From positions 27,865 through 91,864 of the forward strand of contig JBFRWI010000053.1 of assembly GCA_051439505.1 (NCBI GenBank): a stretch of 64,000 bases of DNA, written 5' to 3'. The position numbers were made by a program, and so were the translations under genes. The notes beneath the pieces are model-generated. The model searched no databases. It was not told the DNA's origin and worked only from the letters and a program-made list of their open reading frames with translations. This DNA comes from Hormoscilla sp. (GTDB lineage Bacteria > Cyanobacteriota > Cyanobacteriia > Cyanobacteriales > Desertifilaceae). This document shows, one piece after another, positions 49,654 through 58,903 of the stretch; the stretch's first letter is position 1, and each line of letters opens with the position of its first letter.

Positions 49654-51618
49654 TCATGGAGCTGTATAACGATCATAAAGCTCCGCAGCCGCTTCTTGCA
49701 GGCGAGCGGGGTGGCACTCGCTCTTTTGGACCAGTTCGTCGATTTCGCGATCGGTAAAGAAGACCCCAGTGCCGCGCAACCGATGGTTCAGAAACTCGCG
49801 GGCCTCTTTTTCCGAGAACGGTCCCACGTTTAGTTGGCGGCAGATATTGTCCAGCGGCGATGTCATGTCATCTGAGTCAGGAAATAATGCATTCAGTGGC
49901 GAGCGACTGGCGATCGCTAACTTGAACGGCGCATTATCCCCTTCAGCCAGTCCGCGCAACTCCGATCGTTCGTCCCCTGTAAAGTGTTCCTGCCTCGTCA
50001 TCTTCTCAATCTCATCAATGCAGAGAATATACCGTTTGCCCCGTAATGCCCTTGCCAACTCGTAGCCACGACAGGTTTCAATCTTCAATTCGTCACATAG
50101 CGCCTGGAAAAACTGATCTTCATGATGGATAATTTGCATATCCAGATAGATGAAGGCATCAGGAGGCAACCGAGGCAGCCCGATCTTCTCAGGCCCCCAG
50201 TGGCAGACCATTGATAGGATTGAGGACTTGCCAATTTCCGATTCGCCAACGAGGGAGCAATTAACACCCCTTGCAAGCTTCTCAAACAACTCATCCAACA
50301 GTTCTTTGCGACCAAAGAATTCCTTTGGGTTGGTGATGCGCCCTTTTTTGCCAAATGGATTGCGAGGGAACTCATCCCTTGGTCGGGGCTGAATAGGGTG
50401 CCTCTCACCTTGGCTATTGTCTCGACCTCTTTCTAGTTCATCGACCACAGGTTGGGGTTGGTTTATATCCCCGATCGCAGGCAGGACGAAAGTTCCCTCC
50501 CCTCGCCAGTAGAGTACGGGCACTCCCCAATCTCTCCAGTATTTCTTTTTTTCCTTGTCTGGGAGAGAAGACTTACATAAGTTATAGACTGCTAAACGTC
50601 CTTCGGACACCGCCGAATCCAACGGCAGTCCTGCTGCTAGTGCTTTGTAGAAATATTTACTGAAATCTATCGCGCTCTCGTCCCAAATCTTGTCCTGCAT
50701 GGCTACAATAGCGGGGATCCCAACTTTTATCAGCTTTGCCACTACCCCGTTCCTCACATTTTGCTCGTCACGGCTTCCCGTTTCGCAAGCATTTAAAACC
50801 ACTAATTGTACCATCCCATTCCGCAAGTTAATGGCTAGCTTTTCTGCTGACATGGAGGCTGATTTACCGTCTTCGCTGACTAGAACTATCTCTCCACCGC
50901 TTGTATCCTCTGAGTTTTTGAAATTGCCGTGACCCGCAAAATGAAAAATATCAACTCCTGTCATTAACTGGTCGAACATTTTTGCAACTGTAGTATCTCT
51001 TAAACTCTCCACATATATTCCGGGAATCTTATTCAGAACACTTTTTATGTTGATGTACTCCTGAGCTACATTCAATGGTTTGTCATTCGTGGGGCTAGCC
51101 AATGCAACTAACAGGCGTCGATTCTTTGGCATTTGCTCTAAATCACCTGGAGGATTTAAAACAGCTTCGTAGCGCACGATAGAAATACGCTTATTGAGGG
51201 CTAAGAAGTCAGTAGTAGTGCCTTTTTCTCTCTCACTTTCAGGAAGGTTCAGGTATTCCCAAGGGATGTTAGCTAGATGAGCGTCCAAACGTAGAACCAG
51301 GCGCAAAGCCTCCTCTTGCCGCAATGCAGCGAAACTTCTACGGTACAGGTCGCGAACGCCATTGGGGAATATAATATCTGCTAGTTTATTTCCCAACTCA
51401 ATAATTTCGTTCTCCTTCAACTTGCATTCTTTCAGTAAGCGCAAGTCGCGCTCTAAGTTGCTCTCGAAGGTTGATGGAACTGACTGATATTCTCTCTCTA
51501 TGCTCTCCCCTGCTGGAGACTTTAACACCCTGACTGAAACTTTTTGTTGGCTATAATCATCCTCCTGAACCTTCTCAGCCTCAAGGATAAAATCTCTGTA
51601 CTTACTAATGGCTACCAT
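49654..51618 (-). CDS. CHAT (caspase-like) protease fused to a P-loop NTPase
   Basis: CHAT motifs IPWEYL, FHFAGHG, VLNACETG and DWGVPVLY; NTPase motifs NPF..FFGR, GESEIGKSS and LCIDEIE. Confidence 0.9.
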   Translation of the reverse strand: MVAISKYRDFILEAEKVQEDDYSQQKVSVRVLKSPAGESIEREYQSVPSTFESNLERDLRLLKECKLKENEIIELGNKLADIIFPNGVRDLYRRSFAALRQEEALRLVLRLDAHLANIPWEYLNLPESEREKGTTTDFLALNKRISIVRYEAVLNPPGDLEQMPKNRRLLVALASPTNDKPLNVAQEYINIKSVLNKIPGIYVESLRDTTVAKMFDQLMTGVDIFHFAGHGNFKNSEDTSGGEIVLVSEDGKSASMSAEKLAINLRNGMVQLVVLNACETGSRDEQNVRNGVVAKLIKVGIPAIVAMQDKIWDESAIDFSKYFYKALAAGLPLDSAVSEGRLAVYNLCKSSLPDKEKKKYWRDWGVPVLYWRGEGTFVLPAIGDINQPQPVVDELERGRDNSQGERHPIQPRPRDEFPRNPFGKKGRITNPKEFFGRKELLDELFEKLARGVNCSLVGESEIGKSSILSMVCHWGPEKIGLPRLPPDAFIYLDMQIIHHEDQFFQALCDELKIETCRGYELARALRGKRYILCIDEIEKMTRQEHFTGDERSELRGLAEGDNAPFKLAIASRSPLNALFPDSDDMTSPLDNICRQLNVGPFSEKEAREFLNHRLRGTGVFFTDREIDELVQKSECHPARLQEAAAELYDRYTAP

Positions 51619-51626
51619 TTATTTCC

Positions 51627-52781
51627 TCACTCACTTGCCAACTGCGCTTCCACTATCCGACGCACCCCAGGCACCCGATCCAACCGATTTGGCGGTGGTG
51701 CATCTACATAGTCTGCTCCCACCATAATTACATAGGTGCCAAGCAGAATGTAAAGTGATGCTAAAATCAGTTCGCCTTGAGGCAGTACTGCTGCTGACGC
51801 ATTGAATATAAACCTCCTCTTTTCCATCCATTGCAACATTTTTTCAGCCCAATCTATCTTTTTACTATAAGCTGAATTGAGCGCGTTGACGCCCTTAATT
51901 CCATCCGTGAATTTCCCTAGTTCCCCTTGGCTGTCCATCACTAATTGTTTCAGAACTGCTCCAGTTTTTTCTGTCTGGTATAATTTCTCCAAGATTGCGA
52001 TCAAACTTTGACCTTCATTAAGTTCTTGTACCCACTCAATCATCCGCTCACCAGCTACCTCTGCTAACTGCTGTCCTAACAGTTCCACTACAGATTCCCA
52101 TGCCCTTTGCAGGAATTCCCGGAAGGTATTGTATATGCGACTAACCTCCCCTTGTCCCAAAATCTCGGCAATACCTTTGTCTATCAGACCTACCGCCTCG
52201 GTGAGTTCGCTCAATGCCAAGTTGGTCAGCCCCTTCAGAGCTAATTCGCCAGTATTGCTAGCTCGTTTTAAAATCAGATATAGGGTATCTTCAATGGTAT
52301 TTGACAGCTTTATACGGGCTGTGTCAATGTCCTTTATCTCTGTCTCGCCTCTTTCTGCCTCATCGAGGTCTACTTCTTCGTGACCGAGCAGGATTTGCAG
52401 ATTATTCTCGATTTGTCCGAGAATATCAATGCTTCGTTCTCTCCCCTCGCTTTTCTCCCAGGGAATTCCCTGCTCTTCATCTGTGGCCGCCTCCAACAGA
52501 CTCGCACTGATTTCCAAGTCTGTTAAAGCTAAAGCCAACAGTCTGACTGATGCTTGAGTGCGTACAGCCAGATCGTCGGTCTCCCTAAGCTGGGCGGCCA
52601 ACTCTTGGGTCAACTGCGCTGACACCGGTGATAGTTCCTCTGCTTGTGCGACCATTTCTTCGGGGGATGCTGGTCCTCGACCCCCTCGTTCCCCAGTGGG
52701 TTCTCCCGATCGCGCGAACAGGACTGTGACACCATCAGCGTAGTCTTGGGCAATGGTCTGGTATGAATTGTTCGGACTCAT
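51627..52781 (-). CDS. Uncharacterised acidic alpha-helical protein with a C-terminal hydrophobic segment
   Basis: ~385-aa ORF ending 8 bp before the CHAT gene start; hydrophobic stretch LILASLYILLGTYVIMVG. Confidence 0.8.
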   Translation of the reverse strand: MSPNNSYQTIAQDYADGVTVLFARSGEPTGERGGRGPASPEEMVAQAEELSPVSAQLTQELAAQLRETDDLAVRTQASVRLLALALTDLEISASLLEAATDEEQGIPWEKSEGRERSIDILGQIENNLQILLGHEEVDLDEAERGETEIKDIDTARIKLSNTIEDTLYLILKRASNTGELALKGLTNLALSELTEAVGLIDKGIAEILGQGEVSRIYNTFREFLQRAWESVVELLGQQLAEVAGERMIEWVQELNEGQSLIAILEKLYQTEKTGAVLKQLVMDSQGELGKFTDGIKGVNALNSAYSKKIDWAEKMLQWMEKRRFIFNASAAVLPQGELILASLYILLGTYVIMVGADYVDAPPPNRLDRVPGVRRIVEAQLASE

Positions 52782-52965
52782 GGGCTGGACTTTCTTCAAT
52801 ATCATCAGTGGGCAGATGAAAAGGAAGTCTCATGGCTGACTTCCACCACGACCGGCGACTACTGTCACCCGATCGCTCTTGTTATATATTTAACTATACT
52901 CACAAAATCTATATTGCGCAAGATTTATCAGCGACTCTCTGGCCCCACGGGTATGCGGGTTGTTG

Positions 52966-53161
52966 CAATACTTGTCATTGCGAGGGGGGGGACACAAACC
53001 AACATTTTAGGGAGCATCACCAGGATACCCCCCGAAGCAATCTCATAGGACGCGGGGATTGCTTCGGGGGGGTTGACTCAATTTCCCATAAGTTAATCGC
53101 TACGTACCCCCCCTCGCAATGACATCCTAATTCTTACTATATCCTTAACCGAGAAGTATTG
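52966..53161. mobile_element. MITE family A with inverted REP pair
   Basis: Ends CAATACTT...AAGTATTG; flanks CGGGTTGTTG and CGGGTTGTTC. Confidence 0.85.
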
Positions 53162-53218
53162 CGGGTTGTTCAATGCCCGATCGGGGTTGCTGGCGGGGCC
53201 AGGCGATCGCCCGCTTAT

Positions 53219-53368
53219 GGGTGTGGTCAAAAGTAGTTGGAGAGGATCCCCCCCAAACCCCCCCTTCCCAAAAGGGGGGGCTCTGGAAGCCCCCCTTTTT
53301 AAGGGGGGTTTGGGGGGATCCGGCGACTGGGATGGCCTATGAACGATCAACGGGTTTTGACCACACCC
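53219..53368. mobile_element. MITE family B
   Basis: Terminal inverted repeats GGGTGTGGTCAAAA / TTTTGACCACACCC; perfect 9-bp target duplication CCCGCTTAT that includes the vapC stop. Confidence 0.9.
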
Positions 53369-53373
53369 CCCGC

Positions 53374-53841
53374 TTATGGGTAATCATTGGGGTTATCGGT
53401 CACCAAACCTTCAGTCTGGGCAATATTCAGGAGGCGACTATCAGCCGAAACAAAGATTAATTGAGTATCTGGCGTCTGAGTCAAACCCGATCGACAGCGC
53501 AGGGCCGATGCCAATTGTACAGCATCATAAGCACGCAAAAGGTGCTTAAGGACTAATTGACCTGCCACTTCACATATCGCCCGATCGACTTCTATGATAT
53601 CATACTGATTAAAGAAGTCGTAGCGAAACTTTTGCTCAATTATATTAAGCTCATCGACTTCCAGACTTCCTTCCCGTTGACGACGTGCAAAAGCGCTGTT
53701 TACCTCCACCCAGGTAATGCGAGTTACTCCTAGGTAGTTACTTGTAGCGCGATCGGTAATCGATTGTATCCAACTGCTTCCCGTTTCCGGCACATACCGC
53801 TTCACCAGGGCGCTGCTATCTATAAAGTACATATTTACCAA
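53374..53841 (-). CDS. vapC: VapC-family PIN toxin
   Basis: Motifs YFIDSSALVKRY, LRAYDAVQLA and FVSADSRL. Confidence 0.92.
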   Translation of the reverse strand: MVNMYFIDSSALVKRYVPETGSSWIQSITDRATSNYLGVTRITWVEVNSAFARRQREGSLEVDELNIIEQKFRYDFFNQYDIIEVDRAICEVAGQLVLKHLLRAYDAVQLASALRCRSGLTQTPDTQLIFVSADSRLLNIAQTEGLVTDNPNDYP

Positions 53842-54149
53842 GCTCCCCGATCCTCGATAATAATTTCTGACAGAGGCTTACCCGGTCTTTCCTTGAGCTT
53901 TTCAAACACTGTACGCCACTTTTCTTCCAGATCTGGATCTATTTTATCTTCTTCAGTTGGAACTGTCATCCATCCTTGGTCAACCATCAACTGGAACGCC
54001 TTGTCTAGCTCAGTCTTTGGTCGGTCAAGCGCAACTTCTGGTACGACTCGCAGCCGCACATTTTGACCCTCGCTCAAGGATACAGGCACTGTCGGGCGCA
54101 ATACCCCATTCTCGTATACTGCCGCAATTATTTCCGGTCCCATTTCCAT
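53835..54149 (-). CDS. DUF104/AF2212-like antitoxin
   Basis: Motifs AVYENGVLRP..LSEGQ.V and LSEIIIEDRG; GGAGG precedes ATG 54149; overlaps vapC. Confidence 0.88.
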   Translation of the reverse strand: MEMGPEIIAAVYENGVLRPTVPVSLSEGQNVRLRVVPEVALDRPKTELDKAFQLMVDQGWMTVPTEEDKIDPDLEEKWRTVFEKLKERPGKPLSEIIIEDRGAW

Positions 54150-54229
54150 ATCAGTCCTCCCCTGCTTTCCATCCACAATATCTATTATAACTCTCTCCTG
54201 TCAGTTTGACATTTTTTTCTCTTATGGGG

Positions 54230-54534
54230 GCGATCGCCTCTTTTCCCCTCTGCACCGGGGCCGGGGCACGGCAATAGATATCTTTTCGCCGATCGCATGA
54301 TGTTATTGATGCCGTGCCCCTACATAATGCGATCGCCTCTTTTTTCCTCCGCACCGGCACCGGGGCACGGCAATATAAATCTTTTCGCCGATCGCATGAT
54401 GTTATTGATGCCGTGCCCCTACATAATGCGATCGCCTCTTTTCCCCTCGGCCCCGGCACCGGGGCACGGCAATATAAATATTTTCGCCGATCGCATGATG
54501 TTATTGATGCCGTGCCCCTACATAATGCGATCGC
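54230..54534. repeat. Three tandem 99-bp REP-containing units bounded by HIP1 sites
   Basis: GCGATCGC at 54230, 54329, 54428 and 54527; each unit has a GGGGCACGGCA...TGCCGTGCCCCTAC hairpin. Confidence 0.93.
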
Positions 54535-54779
54535 AAATCAAATTTATGGGCACGAACTTATCCTCTTCAAAGTATACTAAATCTTTTCTATACAACGCTT
54601 TCAGTCGGTTTTCAACCGACTTTAGCTAAAAGCCTTTGGGTTTGAACCCCCGGCGGGCTGACTGATTTTCAGCAATTGCTTGACAAAACCGGAATCGCAG
54701 ATGTTAAGATGGAGACAGTACCCGAGGGTATATCTCACTAATCCATGGAGATACTCCCATTGCTCTCCATTTATCTTAC

Positions 54780-55901
54780 TTACTTTCCTAAGACGATCGC
54801 CCCATTTTGGCCGCCAAAGCCAAAACTAAAACACAGTACCCGCCGCACCTCACACCGACGGGCTGTCATCAGTAAATCTAAATCAAACTCTGGTACTTTC
54901 AATCCTACATTTGGGGGCAATAGCTGCTCCTGTAAAGCCATCAAACAGAAAGCTACTCCCAACGCCCCAGATGCTCCCAAGGTATGACCTGTAGCTCCCT
55001 TCGTGGAACTGACCGGAACCCCTTGAGGAAATAAATTAGAAATAATGAATGCTTCGTTGGTGTCATTCAACCTCGTACTGGTGCCGTGAGCGTGGATGTA
55101 GTCAATCTCAGTTGCCAAAGTACCCGATCGCACCAGAGATTGCTTCACAGCCGCGATCGCGCCCTTGCCTCCCAGTTCTGGCGCAATTCCATGATAAGCA
55201 TCATTTGTCAGACCAAACCCCAGCACTCGTCCGTAAACCCGGGCTCCGCGACGCCTAGCTACAGCTTCTGACTCCAGCACCAAAACAGCCGCACCCTCCC
55301 CTAAAACCAAACCTTCGCGATTTTTGTCAAAAGGATAGGCACCAGTGGTAGCTAAGGCCCCCATTCGGGTAAAACCCGCCAGGGTTAAAGGCGTCACCGG
55401 AGCTTCCACTGCCCCAGCGATCGCCCGCTGGCATTGACCAGTCTGGATTAAATGAAAGCCTTGAGCGATCGCCCAGAAGCCAGTAGCACAAGCAGCCATT
55501 GGCGCCAACACCGGACCAGTGGAGCCGATCGTCCGGGCCGATGTGACGGCCACCATATGTGGTAAGGTATCCAACCAATAATTACCTGGCATGTCCGATG
55601 ACCACTGTTTAGCCAGTAGTTCCCAGGAAGCCTGATGGCCGCGACTAGACCCGATCGCCACCCCAGCATCTGGTAATGGTAAGACTAGACCTGCATCCGC
55701 GATCGCCTCTTTCACCACTAGCTGAGTGAGAATAGTCAAGTCAGCAGGTGTTTTGTCAATTAGGGCCAGAGGTCGTGGTGGCAGTTCCCGAAAAGGTTGT
55801 GAAAGCCCGATCGCCGATTCACCAGCGATCAGACGCTGCCAACTGATTGTCCGCATCCCTAAAGCTGATACTATACCAATACCAGTAACCACCACTTCCA
55901 C
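54780..55901 (-). CDS. Beta-ketoacyl-ACP synthase (short FabF-like)
   Basis: Motifs VVVTGIG, AACATG, HAHGTST, KGATGH and SFGFGGQN. Confidence 0.92.
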   Translation of the reverse strand: MEVVVTGIGIVSALGMRTISWQRLIAGESAIGLSQPFRELPPRPLALIDKTPADLTILTQLVVKEAIADAGLVLPLPDAGVAIGSSRGHQASWELLAKQWSSDMPGNYWLDTLPHMVAVTSARTIGSTGPVLAPMAACATGFWAIAQGFHLIQTGQCQRAIAGAVEAPVTPLTLAGFTRMGALATTGAYPFDKNREGLVLGEGAAVLVLESEAVARRRGARVYGRVLGFGLTNDAYHGIAPELGGKGAIAAVKQSLVRSGTLATEIDYIHAHGTSTRLNDTNEAFIISNLFPQGVPVSSTKGATGHTLGASGALGVAFCLMALQEQLLPPNVGLKVPEFDLDLLMTARRCEVRRVLCFSFGFGGQNGAIVLGK

Positions 55902-55981
55902 AATTTTATTTGAAATAGATTAAACCGATGATATAATTGTAACTACTAGCTTGACGCCCTCTCATTTTTTTTTAATTCTCA

Positions 55982-56461
55982 ATGAAACAAACCCTATACG
56001 ATCGCGACTTCAACTTATGGATTGAAGATCATATCAACAAACTCAAAAATCATCGCTTCTCCGAACTGGATATCGAACACTTGATTGAGGAACTCAAATA
56101 CTTGGGTAAATCAGAAAAAAATGCCCTCGAAAGCAATTTAATGATACTTCTCGCTCATCTCCTCAAGTTAACAACACAAGCTGATGCCCCAGAAACGATG
56201 AAACACAGTTGGTACAGTTCTGTTGACGAACACCGCAAGCGCATCAATAAACAACTGAGTAAAACCCCCTCCTTAAAATCTTATCTACCCAAGATTTTAG
56301 AGGAAGCTTATCGTGATGGTCGGGATCTGGCGATTAAAGAAGGAAAACGAGCCAGTTCTGGCATTCGCATTCCCGATGAGTCCGAATATCCTCAAGCTTG
56401 TCCTTTTGACAACGAACAAATTATTGATGAAGAATTTTATTCATTTCCAGGCAATAATTAA
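55982..56461 (+). CDS. DUF29-family protein
   Basis: Motifs LYDRDFNLW, LDIEHLIEEL, HLLK, PSLK and CPF. Confidence 0.92.
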   Translation: MKQTLYDRDFNLWIEDHINKLKNHRFSELDIEHLIEELKYLGKSEKNALESNLMILLAHLLKLTTQADAPETMKHSWYSSVDEHRKRINKQLSKTPSLKSYLPKILEEAYRDGRDLAIKEGKRASSGIRIPDESEYPQACPFDNEQIIDEEFYSFPGNN

Positions 56462-56514
56462 GAAACCCGGTTTTTACTCCCTACCGGGTTTCTGGACAGG
56501 CATAGTGAATAAGT

Positions 56515-57240
56515 CTATCTTTTCAAGTTTTTTAAGCCTTGGATTACCCTGGCATACTTGATGCGATCGCCCTGGACAATTGAGTCTACCACATCCATCC
56601 CCTCAGTAACATATCCAAACACAGCATAGTCACCATCCAAGAATGGCAAATCCGCCAAAGCAAAATAAAACTGGGAGGAAGCCGAGTCAGGATAAGCAGA
56701 ACGAGCCATTGCCACAGCACCGCGAGTATGCTTCAGCACTGGCTTTACCAAAATACCGGCGCTCTTGAAAGTCTGAGAGTAAACCGGTTCTTCCGAGCCT
56801 TGAGGCGTAATTTCTAAAGGAATGTAACGCTCCTTAGATGTCGCGGGATCGATATAACTACCAGTTCCCAGTCGTTCTAGTGAAAAGTTGGGGTCTTTGC
56901 TCTGTGGATCCCCACCCTGAACCACAAACGGCTGGGGTTCCCGTATCACCCGGTGAAACACTATACCATCGTAGACCCCTCCATCGACTAGATCGACAAA
57001 ATTACCGGCAGTGATCGGAGCCTGAGTTCCATCCAGGTTGATTATAATCGGCGAGTCTTTACCTTCAACCACCATCTCTACCGTGGCCTTACCCAACAAC
57101 CGAGGTAAATTGCTATTCTCCCCATCAAAAGCTTGTCCAGTGGCTTGCGATGTACTTGTCGCTTGCGACATGCATCCGGCCATGAGCAAAGCAGCAATCA
57201 CTAAGAGTATCGATAACCAGCGTTTTGCCTCTTTATGCAT
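56515..57240 (-). CDS. Cyclophilin-type peptidyl-prolyl isomerase (lipoprotein)
   Basis: Motifs [21 protein letters not shown] and SASSQFY. Confidence 0.95.
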   Translation of the reverse strand: MHKEAKRWLSILLVIAALLMAGCMSQATSTSQATGQAFDGENSNLPRLLGKATVEMVVEGKDSPIIINLDGTQAPITAGNFVDLVDGGVYDGIVFHRVIREPQPFVVQGGDPQSKDPNFSLERLGTGSYIDPATSKERYIPLEITPQGSEEPVYSQTFKSAGILVKPVLKHTRGAVAMARSAYPDSASSQFYFALADLPFLDGDYAVFGYVTEGMDVVDSIVQGDRIKYARVIQGLKNLKR

Positions 57241-57366
57241 TTTTTAGTTCACCTATTTGTTACCAGGTATACGTAATAATCTTATCTAAACGTGGGATTG
57301 AGACCGCGTAGGCGGTCTTTGTTCGGTGTAGCCCCACCCTAAAGGGTGGGAGATAAGGCCCTGGCC

Positions 57367-57933
57367 TCAAAGACCTTCAATGGGCACTTCCAGAAAACGA
57401 GCCAACTCGGCGGCCTGATTTTCTAGTTCGCTGAGGGCTAGGGGTTGCCCCACCCTCGTCAGGGGAATATTTGCCTTGCCCTTGACTCGCAGATAAATGG
57501 CCCGCCGAGGATTAAGCCCTTCCTTGAGTTTGACGATAATCGCTTGGACATCTTCTAAAGGACAGCTAATCTCTATGCGGCGGTTCTTACCCGGGTATCC
57601 CCGGCGGAAGATAATGGCCTGTGAGGTCTGGCGATTAAATTCGTTGTAACCCCCTCCGAGATCCCAGAGGATCGTTAGCCAGAGGTAAAGTGCCAACAGC
57701 AAGCCAGCTATTCCATACAGACTCATTACCAAGCCTTGAGGAACAAATATCAGTTCCGTAGGATTGGCAAAGGGTAGTAGGTTGACTTGCAGGTAGCTTG
57801 AGAGTCCAGCGAGCAGGAAACCACCGGCGCCGCCGGAGACTACCGTCGCCCACCAGTAGTTGCTGAACCGGCGCGAGCCTAAAACTTGCTGACGTAAGAT
57901 GGCATTGTCGGTCGAGGTTGTCTGTGCCGTCAT
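57367..57933 (-). CDS. ycf4: Photosystem I assembly protein Ycf4
   Basis: Motifs [22 protein letters not shown] and ELARFL.VPIEG. Confidence 0.96.
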   Translation of the reverse strand: MTAQTTSTDNAILRQQVLGSRRFSNYWWATVVSGGAGGFLLAGLSSYLQVNLLPFANPTELIFVPQGLVMSLYGIAGLLLALYLWLTILWDLGGGYNEFNRQTSQAIIFRRGYPGKNRRIEISCPLEDVQAIIVKLKEGLNPRRAIYLRVKGKANIPLTRVGQPLALSELENQAAELARFLEVPIEGL

Positions 57934-58140
57934 AAAACTGCTTAAACTCCAAGGATGACTGGATTTGGCGACGATCTTAACCCGATCGGGCTACGGGGCG
58001 ATCGGCCAATTTTATGAGAATCCATGTGAAATATTGTAAATTTTTCACCGAAGCATTATTAGAGAATTTATCGGGAAAAGTCAATCCTCTCAAGGCTTTC
58101 AAGATTTACCCTACCTCGATTCCGCTCCCTCTGTAAAGCG

Positions 58141-58518
58141 TTTGAGTATAATTTGAGTATAATTTGAGTATCCGATCGGGGAAGCTGTATCCCATGCCCT
58201 GCAAGCCTTTCGGCGATCGCCCTTCGATAAAGCCCTCGCCAACTGTCGCGATCTGCGTTTGTCGGGCCACCGGAATAATGTTTATACTTGGGGCTTTCCT
58301 CAAAGGCTTGTACGATCGGGTCGCGATCGGTTGTCCGCATTGTCCTTAAGACCCAGCGCGATGATCTTTTGGTCTCCGTCAAATAACGATCGGGGGAGTC
58401 GCAGGCTTAACCGCCCCTTAAAAGATCGGACATCGACCTTGCCCTTGTACCGGCGATCGGTCTTTCTTTGCTTTTACCCTTAGCCACGGCACTTTGAGTA
58501 TAATTTTGTGTATAATTC
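58141..58518 (-). pseudogene. Decayed tyrosine integrase remnant flanked by TTTGAGTATAA direct repeats
   Basis: One frame reads KGKVDVRSFKGRLSLRLPRSLFDGDQKIIALGLKDNADNR (arm-binding-domain-like). It joins, out of frame, RDPIVQAFEESPKYKHY (start of a catalytic domain). Confidence 0.6.
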
Positions 58519-58732
58519 GGTCCAAGTCTTGTCTAGACAGGTCTTAAACGCTTGTCCCGTAAGGTTTTCAGAAAATTTTATGAGTATTGAGTTAGAGTAG
58601 TTTATCATGTGAGAGTCTCCTGTTGGCGTTCCCAGGCGGGAGCCTCTTAACGAGGAAAATGTTGGTGATTGCCCAAATTTTTGGGTGAAAATTTGGTAAA
58701 TATTGCGAAGAGAGTGTTATACTCAAAGCATG

Positions 58733-58805
58733 GCGAGCGTAGCCAAGTGGTTAAGGCAGTGGATTGTGGTTCCACCATTCGCGGGTTCGAGTCCCGTCGT
58801 TCGCC
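58733..58805 (+). tRNA. trnH: tRNA-His (GTG)
   Basis: Acceptor stem GCGAGCG/CGTTCGC, anticodon arm GTGGA-TTGTGGT-TCCAC and T-loop TTCGAGT. G-1 is encoded at 58732; CCA is not encoded. Confidence 0.97.
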
Positions 58806-58903
58806 CTTCCGATCGCAGGCATCCCCATCCGCGCAAGTCGAGCCCTTTGGGAGTATAGTGTGGAGTGCATCTCGGGGTAAGGCTGAGTAGAATCGGGAAA
58901 ACT

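Noticed and set aside
54151..54629. Three overlapping repetitive ORFs, or a CRISPR-like array
   Set aside because: They arise from the 99-bp tandem units, which are near-identical along their whole length.
54780..55901. Type II PKS cluster
   Set aside because: It is a lone KAS gene with no ACP, chain-length factor or tailoring genes adjacent.
58806..58903. Lysine riboswitch upstream of lysC
   Set aside because: Only ~100 bp separate the tRNA from the start codon, and no recognisable aptamer is present.
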